From: the human T2T-CHM13v2.0 reference genome, Homo sapiens
NCBI RefSeq assembly: GCF_009914755.1
Contig: NC_060933.1
Length of the DNA stretch: 64,000 bases
Strand: one strand, 5' to 3'
Shown: one piece after another, positions 55,126-64,000 of the stretch
Layout: each line of letters starts with the position of its first letter
Numbering within the stretch: position 1 is the first letter of the stretch
Notes under the pieces: generated by a model
Told to the model about the DNA's origin: nothing
The model's input: the letters and a program-made list of their open reading frames with translations, nothing else
Databases searched by the model: none
Made by a program: the position numbers and the translations under genes

Positions 55126-56227
55126 CAAGCATACCTCAAAGATATTGAGGGTTTAGTTCCAGACCACTGCAATAAATTAAATATCACAATAAAGAAAGTC
55201 ACACGAATTTTTTTAAGTGCATGTAAAATTTATGTTTACACTGTACTGTAGTCTATTAAGTGTGCAATAGCATTATTCTAAAAACAATGCAAACACTTTA
55301 ATCAAAAATACTTTATTGCTAAAAAATGCTAACGGTCATTTGAACATTCAGCGAGTCACAATCTTTTTGCTACTGAAGGGTCTTGCCTCAATATTAATGG
55401 CTGCGGACTGACTAGAGTGGTGGTTATTGAAGGCTGGGTGGCTGTGGCAATTTCTTAAAATAAGACAGACGTGAAGTTTGCCCCATTGATTTGACTCCTC
55501 CTTTTACAAAAGATTTTTCTGTGGCATGCCATGCTGTTCGGTCCCATTTTACCCAGAGTAGAACTTCTTTCAAAATTAGAGTTTATCCTCTCAATCCCTG
55601 CTGCTGTTTTATCAACTTAGTAAGTTTATGTAATATTCTAAATTATCTGTGGTCATTTCAGTGATGTTCACAGCATCTTCAGGAATAGATTCTATCTCAG
55701 GCAGTCACATTCTTTGCTCATCCATAAGAAGGCAACTCCTCATCCATTCAAATTTTATGATATTGCAGCAATTCAGTCACATCTTCAGGCTCTACTTTTA
55801 ATTCTAGTTCTCTTTTGTTGCCTCTACCACTCTTCAGTTATTTCCTCCACTGAAGTCTTGAACCCTTTTACCTCATTCATGAGGGTTGGAATCAACTTCT
55901 TCCAAACTCCGATTAATGTCGATATTTTGACTTCTTCCTATGAATCACCAACATTCTTAATGGCATCTAGAATGGTGACTCCTTTCCAGAAGGTTTTCAA
56001 TTTACTTTGCCCAGATCCATCAGAGGAATCACTACGTATGGCAGCTATAGCCTTACAAAATGTATCCTTTAAATAATAAGGCCTTAAGCTAGACATTACT
56101 TCTACAGTGCTGATAGATTTGCTTGACTCAGGGTTACCACAAACCTTCCATTTGTAAAAAAAAATAAAAATAAAAAAATAAAAAAAAATACAATATCTGT
56201 GAAGTGCAATAAAATGAAGAATGTCTG
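55126..56227 (-). mobile_element. Tigger1 DNA transposon, internally deleted, both TIRs present
   Basis: ta|caagcatacctcaaagatattgagggtttagttccagaccactgcaataaa at the left end; aaaccttccatttgtaaaa...gtgcaataaaatgaagaatgtctg at the right end. Confidence 0.9.
55700..56100 (-). pseudogene. Tigger1 (pogo-like) transposase C-terminal remnant
   Basis: [43 protein letters not shown] within ORF 55938-56279. Confidence 0.8.
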
Positions 56228-57113
56228 CAATGACAGTTATTTTGAATTCCTGGTCTAATAATTCCAAAACCTCTGCCATATATTATCTGAGTCTTGTTCT
56301 TGATGCTTTAACAAAAAATCTTGTCAGACCATGGTTTTGCCTTTTAGTATGCCTTGTAATTTTTTGTTGAAAGCTGGACATGATGTGCTGGGTAACAAGA
56401 ACTGAGCATCAGGCCTCAAATGTGAGGGTTTGTTTGTTTATCTGGCTATGAGTTAGACTGTTTACTGTTTGCTGTAGCAGTGGTATCAGAGGCTAAAATT
56501 TCCTCTAGTGTGCTTGTTTTTGTCTACCCTGTTGTCTTTTTGTGTCCCTACAGACTCTTTGAATAGAGTATGAGAATTGCAGTTCTTTTAGCTTTACTCC
56601 TCTCCTATTATGTAGCAGTCATATTGATGCAGTGGTAAGGTATGGGAAGAGGGGAAGTGTACTATTGTCCTATGCTTGGATATTTTCTTTTCCTCACATT
56701 GGGAGCGTGTTATTCTCCTGCCTCCAGATCATTTAGGCTTTGGTAAAACCTCGGCCAATTTGGCTATAACAAAATAGATTTCCTTGAGGGCAGGATTGGT
56801 TAGGGGGAACAGAAAGCTCTGGGTATTATTTCAAAATGATTTATTTTCTCCTCCTCTTGCCTGAAGCACAAGGAGAGTTCTCATCGATTTTCACAGTGAG
56901 AACCTGGTAGGTAAAACTCATTTAAGCATGGGATCCTGTGTTCGTCCAGACCCTTGGAGTTTTAAATTCTCAGGCTGGTTCAACCTGAGTTAATTTGTCA
57001 ATTATGGTTTAAAGTGTTCCTATGGATGTTGGCTTCAGCTGCAGGCTCCTGTATCCACCTCCCTCTCTAGTTTTCGAGATGGCAGTTTGTTTCATGACCT
57101 CTATGAAGAGCTG

Positions 57114-57161
<48 letters not shown>

Positions 57162-57181
57162 ATACCTATCTACCTATCTAT
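57114..57181. repeat. (CTAT)12 tetranucleotide STR plus variant units, in place of the Alu tail
   Basis: Direct read; abuts the 3' end of an antisense AluJ. Confidence 0.95.
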
Positions 57182-57533
<352 letters not shown>

Positions 57534-57808
57534 TAGAAACTGTTCTCTTACTTTTAATGTAATTATCGATGTTGTAGAATTCAGGTCTATCATTTTATAA
57601 TTATCTAATTGTTGATATGGCTGGATATAGAGTGACTATTAATTTTCTATTTGTTTTATTATTATTATTTTTTTGTTTCTCCGTCTTCCTTTCCTGCTTT
57701 CTTTTAGGTTAATCATATATTTAACTTTCCATTTTATTTCTTCTGGCATGTAAGCTATTTTATATGTCTAATTTTTGTAGCTATTCTACGTATTATAGTA
57801 TGTAATAT

Positions 57809-58103
<295 letters not shown>

Positions 58104-59781
58104 AGTATGCAATATTCTTAACTTAATACAGAGTGAATATTGTACCATTTTTTGTAAAATATATGAACCTATACAAGAGTATAATTTCATTTATCCCAAC
58201 CTTTGTCATATAACTGTAATTTTTTTCTAAAATATGTGTATATTTGTATTTTATAAAATATAAAAATATTTTAAAATAATAAAAAAACATATCTGTGTTC
58301 TAAAGCCTATAAAGCCTACAACAATATGTTATTATTTGCTTTAACTTGACACTTGCCTTTTAAAGAAATTTTAAAAAGAAAAATAATCATTTATAATTAT
58401 TCTCATATTTATCATTCTTAATGTTCTTTATTCCTATAGACATGAGTTTCCATTTGCTTTCATTTCTCTTTAGTCCAAAGAATTTCCTTATTGTTTCTTA
58501 AAATTCATGATTGCTGATCATGAATGTAGTTATCATGTTTTCATTTTTGAAAAATGTTTTCACTTGATATAGATGTCTGGGTTGGTACATCCACCTGCCC
58601 CTTCTCCTTTATTTTGCAGTAAAAAAATATTGTTCTTCTGGCCTCTACTATTATTAATGACAACTTAATCTTCATTTTTATTGTCATTTTCCTGTATTTA
58701 ATGTGTCTTTCCCCCTCTCACCAAATGCTGTTAAGATTTTTTTTTTTTTTTTTACCTTTAGTTTAAAAGTTTATGATGTTTCTAGATATGGGTTTGTTTT
58801 AAAAATTTTGCTTGGGATTACATATTCTCTTGGAACAGTAAGTTAATTTTCTTAACCATATTTGAGAAAGTTTTTAGTGATAATTTCTTCAAGTATTTTT
58901 TCTTCCTCATTTCCTCTCCTATGCTTCTGAGACTGTAATTATTTGTGTTTGATAACTTAATATTGCCCCATAGGCCACTGTAGCTTTATTTTGCTGTTCT
59001 GAATCTCTATTCTCTCTATTCTTCATGTTGAATTACTTTTACTGACTATTATTTTAAGTTCACTGGCTTTTATTTTTTCTGCAGCCTATGTGGCCCCTTT
59101 TTCTGCTGTTAAGCCCTTTCAGTGAATTTTAAAATTTCAGCCGTTCCCCCTTTTTCAGTTCTAGTGTTTCCCTTTGGTTCTTTTTTATATCTTCTATCTC
59201 CCAGTTGATCTTCTTATTTGTATAGCCATTCTGACAAGTTTTTCCTTTAAGTCCTTGACAGTGTTAAAGCAGGTGCTTTAAAGTCCTTGTTTTCTAATTC
59301 CAACCTTTAGGTCATCTCAGGATCAATTTCTATTGACTATCTTTTCTCTTGATAGTGGGTCACATTCTCCTGACTCTTTGCATGTCTACTGTTTCTTTAC
59401 TATATACTGGACATTATGGATGATGTATTGTAAAATCTCTGGATGTTTTTATCTTCCAGTGAAGAGTATTGGTTTTTGTTTACCTAGGTGATTAAATGAC
59501 TGGCTGATCTCCTTGGAAGCTTGGTGTTATTAAGGTGGGTCTGTTGATTTTGCCCTTAGTATTACTAGGGTAAATTCCTTAATTCAGAGACAAACATTTT
59601 CATCCTAAAATATGCCCTTCTGGGGTTTTAGTGGAAAACCAAAGATGTTTACCCAAACCCTCTTACTTTGGAAACACCTAAACTTCAAATTCTTCCTACT
59701 GTGCAGTGGGCAGCACCAGGTATTTCTGCTCTACTCTTTTAGCGTTTTAGCTGTTGCTCTCTGCTGGGTTTCTTGTGTCTT

Positions 59782-59801
59782 TGTGTGTGTGTGTGTGTGT
59801 G
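59782..59801. repeat. (TG)10 microsatellite
   Basis: Direct read. Confidence 0.9.
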
Positions 59802-62800
59802 CAAAAGTCATGTAAAAATCAGACAAAGATTTGAGGGGAGTTTACATGCAAATTTTGGGGATCCTTCCTTTACTTGAATTTCCTTTCTTTATCGCCAGCC
59901 ACTCTGGTGGCTGTGAACTCTGTCCTCAGATACTTCAAGCTGTTAAGGCTATAATTCTGCTTGAATTCTATTTGTCTAACATCCCTTGGACTGGGAAGTT
60001 CTCTTAAAAGAAAAGCTATCAAAGTGATGTTCACACCCAGTTCAGTTCCCTTTTTTCCAAGGTCTACTACCTTTCAATTTATGCATTTTTTTTTTATTCT
60101 CTTGTGCCTTTAAATAGTTCTTTTCTTTAAAAAAATTAATCCTGAGATTATAATTCTTAGCTGTGAGAAGTTTATTTTAATAAAAGCTATTCCTGCATTA
60201 CTGAAAATGCAAACTCTCCATATTTGTTTCCCAATAAGTATCTCTGATTGGAGATGAGGTTTTATGCAGACAAAAGGAGAAGAATTAGTTTGGTTGTTGG
60301 GCTGAGTGTATAAGACCTTAAAGGCCAGGCAATGGCTATTTTACATGATGGAGTAGACAACAGGGAAAGAGTCATGGCTGAATTATAGATAGCTTTTGTT
60401 TTTAAATATTAGAATGATGCTGACATTTATTATAATTCATGGAAGGACTTGACATGTATTCAAATGAATTGGTATGGTATTTCCATCATTTACATGAAGC
60501 AAATGTCAGAACAGAAGTAAGACCCTCAATTTATCCTTGTAATTATAAGTCCTTCCCTCCTGTTTTCTCCCTGCTCTGTCATTACCCACTCCCTTTCCCT
60601 CTGTCCTCTTCTTCCTTCTCTTCTCTTCCTCATTTTCTTATTCTCTTTTTGATTTTCTTAAAGTTTGTGATTAATATGTGATGATGGTACCAGAGCTATT
60701 AAAATATATCTCAAGAATTCAAATTTAGTCTTCCAAAAGAGTCCAATATTCTGTACTTTAGTAAAAACATTTATTTTTATTTTTTTAAAGTTCACTATTC
60801 CCAGTGCTTAGCCAAATGCCTTGCAATTGTAGAAACATGGAAGGAAATTAAATATAAAACCAGGTAAATTATTAAATTGTAATGTATCAACTAAAAAACA
60901 TTGAGATGCTTTTATAATTATAATTGGCAACTATATAAAGAAGTTTTGATTAAAGCTTGATATAAAATTTTATATATACTATATGCAGACTGTGAAAACT
61001 TTTTAGGCAAGACAGAGATTGGGAAGAAATACATAAAATAGGACAATAGGACCATGAAAGCTTATTTTCATAATATTTGAGGGAACTCAATTCTATTTTA
61101 GAATTCTTTTTTGTTAGAGCGACTTCAGTAGGAATAGATAGGGGCAATATTCTAGGTTTTCCATAGAAACATCAAGTATATGGAGTTGTAAATGTTCCAG
61201 GATTAAGAAGATTATACTTTCTGGCCTATATTTTTCTCTTTTTAAATCTATTATCCAGGGTCTCTTGGTGACAAGCTCTTTCTCCTAGGTAGTGGAAAGC
61301 ATGTGCCTCTTCCCTGTCTAATACATGGGGCTGGTGTGATTCTGGGTGCTTAGTTGCTGACCTAGTGAAACCGGACATTCCGGAGGCAGTCGAGCATCAA
61401 GATGTGTTGTCAGGTCTGAATCCTTCTGTGTTTTTGGATGGAGAATCACAAGATGTTAAGAGCATACCAGGAAAAGATGGGAAGCAACCTCAGGATGGGG
61501 TGGGAGTAAAGTTTGCATCAGCTAGGTGTTTTACTCTGCTGGCCCTGATGATGATCCTCCTCACTCATGCTTACGATGCAGTGCTGGGTGGAGGATGAGA
61601 TGAGAAGAGGGTGATGAGCTGTTATTAGGTCCTTGTAGTGTCTATAACTTTTGGTAAAAAAATGTTTATAATGGTCGCAGGCATGTGGTATCATAATGCC
61701 TATAACTAATGTTATAAAATTTTTTGTCCAAACCAGGACACTTTTGAAAACCAAGCAGAAGTGCTATTAGCTGTGATAACAGACACAAACTGAGAAATCC
61801 CAGGTAAACGGAAGCACAAGATCAACCTCTCTGTAAACCATTTGAGTTTTTGACTGCAGTAGGATGATAAAACCTTCCAAGTTGGTCTTTATCTTCCTGT
61901 GACCACAGGTCCCCAGAAGGCCATGAATGCAGGAATAGTGTTTTGTCCCAGATGATACTTTCTAATAGCTGTGACTTTCTGGGCCTTTGGATCACTGAGG
62001 ATTTTGAGCAGGAGCTGGCATGATTAACATGATATTTCAGGCCGAGATGTCTGGCAGAAGAATGTAGGATGGATTAGAAGGATAAGAATTATGAGTCAGG
62101 GAGGTTGTTGCCGCAATTCAGTTATTTTGTGCAAGCAGCTAAAAAGTCCAGTTATCAGAGCATCCTTTGTTGGGGGAGAGCAATAGGATGATAATTCTTA
62201 TACTCTTCCATTGTGTGGCACCCCCTAATTTGGAAAACAGTTTGCCTTTTAAACAATGCTTTTCTTTAATGGTACAGATTCCTTAATCATTTAGAACAAT
62301 TCTTCCTACAGTGTGATCTGCTGGCCTCTAGCAGCTTGAGAAGGCTCTTCAAGTGACCTAAGAGCTAGAATTGTGTATGTAGGTTTATTGCTAAAAGCCT
62401 GTCAATGTCACTGCCTTCACTTCTGGTGTGAAATGATAATTGAGTTTTAAGTGCTAATAAAATGTAGACCAAGTATTTGTGTTTCATTCAAAGTGTTCCT
62501 TTTGTTATACAAATCCTGATAAATGTTTTCATGGTTGTTTTTGCAGGCAGGTGTTCAGGGTAATCATTTTCCGTGGTGATATAGGTCAATAAATATTACT
62601 CTAATGAGAAAATCAGAGCCTATTGCCTCGCAATTTGGAGACAAATAAAGGTCTTAACCATTATGTTTGTTTTGTATGAATATATGACTAATGCTGCTTT
62701 TAAGGTTCTTGCAATCTTTAGACCAATTGTGATATTAAACTAGCAAGTTAATATCAACCAAGTTCTTTATATATTCATAATATTTTTAGATGCCTATGTT

Positions 62801-62809
62801 ACATTCTGA

Positions 62810-62920
62810 CACTATCTCTTGCTAGCTGTGTCATTTCAGTTATGATTTGGCCTCTTGGGGACTCAATTTCATCATTATCAGTAAAATGACTCATCTGGCT
62901 ACTAAAATCCTATGACTTTA
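62810..62920 (+). mobile_element. MIR/MIR3 fragment
   Basis: gctagctgtgtcatttcagttatgatttggcctcttggggactcaatttcatcattatcagtaaaatg. Confidence 0.55.
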
Positions 62921-64000
62921 TTACTTGATTTGGGGATCATACCCACAGATGTGACAATGGATGCCACAGGCCTGGATGAATTGCCGCAAGAGGATGAGAA
63001 CTAAGAAAAGTCTTCCTATCACTTAGAGAAAACATGATATAATAATTGTGGTGACCTTATCATCAGACCCAAAATTCAGAGCCCAGAGACTAACAGGCAT
63101 CAGTACTCTTAGAGCAAAGATGGAACCAAACATTTTAAAAATTAGGGTTTTTCTGGAAAATCCACACACATAATTGCTATAGGCATGGAAAGTCCATTCA
63201 ACTGGTGGAAGAAACAGGCTGTAGTCCCCGGTCTGTCTCATGAACTCCCAGAGCTTTACAGTTCTCATTTGAAATAGAGGGAATTGAAACATGCCTATCA
63301 AGTTCCCCTCTTGTCCCTAAGAAAATGACTCTAAACTTTCCTGAAAGAATGGAATTTTATTTAGAGTTGTCTATATTCCTAACACTGTCCGAGAGAAGGT
63401 GTGTGTTCAGGGTAGGAAAATACATTAAAGAAAAGATAATGACCAGATAGAGACAAACTGAATCTTTTTATGCTTCTTGCCTGAGTTAGCTGAGAGGTTG
63501 ACTAGATAAAAAGAACTCTGATGCCTTTGCTATCTCATCGGACTCTGGTTTGGGAAATTCATCCCAGATTAGTGTATCACCTGCTATCTTACTAATTATA
63601 GATCAAGGCAGTACCAATGCTTAAGCTCATTAGAGGAGATTTGAGGGAAAGAAAAATGAATATAATCCATCTAGTCATCCAAAATGATTTATAAATAATA
63701 CTGAGGAAGGTACCAGAAGTAAAAATGTCCCACAAAGTCCCAACATTCACCTCATGATCTGGTAAGTGAAGCCCTTTACTTTCCGATGAACAGATCCTGC
63801 CGATTCACTTTGCCACGCACCTCTCCTCTCTCCCGAGCTCTTTTGTACTTAAGACCCTTCAAGACCCAAATCAAGTGAATGTTTTTTTCTTTTTCATAAT
63901 GCAATTATGGACTCTGCTAATTAGCTTCTTGCCTCAGAGAATCAGTGTGGAAATTAAATGAGAAAAAGACATACATCAGTTCTCATCATTCTTGGCGGTT

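Overview
Primate (human-like, simian/hominoid) non-coding genomic DNA, intergenic or deep intronic. No protein-coding exon, RNA gene or CRISPR array can be supported. The ORF track is repeat-derived (Alu, L1 ORF1/ORF2, LTR12, Tigger1) or short chance ORFs. Much of the window is transposon debris: a ~4.9 kb minus-strand old L1, a 3.8 kb L1PB, a 1.8 kb L1PA, about 15 Alus, two ERV9/LTR12 solo LTRs, several MaLR LTRs (MLT1, THE1), DNA transposons (MER20 x2, MER58A x2, MER53, MER1A, Charlie4a, Tigger1, Tigger3d) and many MIR/L2 relics. Family names come from recognising consensus sequences by eye and need RepeatMasker/Dfam confirmation. The strongest observation is an L1 3' transduction at 34999-37021. 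A perfect 16-bp target-site duplication encloses an L1PA lacking its own terminal poly(A) signal, plus 169 bp of an MLT1A-type LTR that ends in a second poly(A) 19 nt after the LTR's AATAAA. Other notable items: a CTCF site with its upstream ZF9-11 module in a repeat-poor, homeobox-motif-rich block (~13-16 kb); a CpG-rich intact LTR12 promoter; a THE1 LTR nested in an AluJ; a probable amniote-age SINE tail; and a perfect 39-bp tandem duplication. I found no evidence for a new gene-encoded system.
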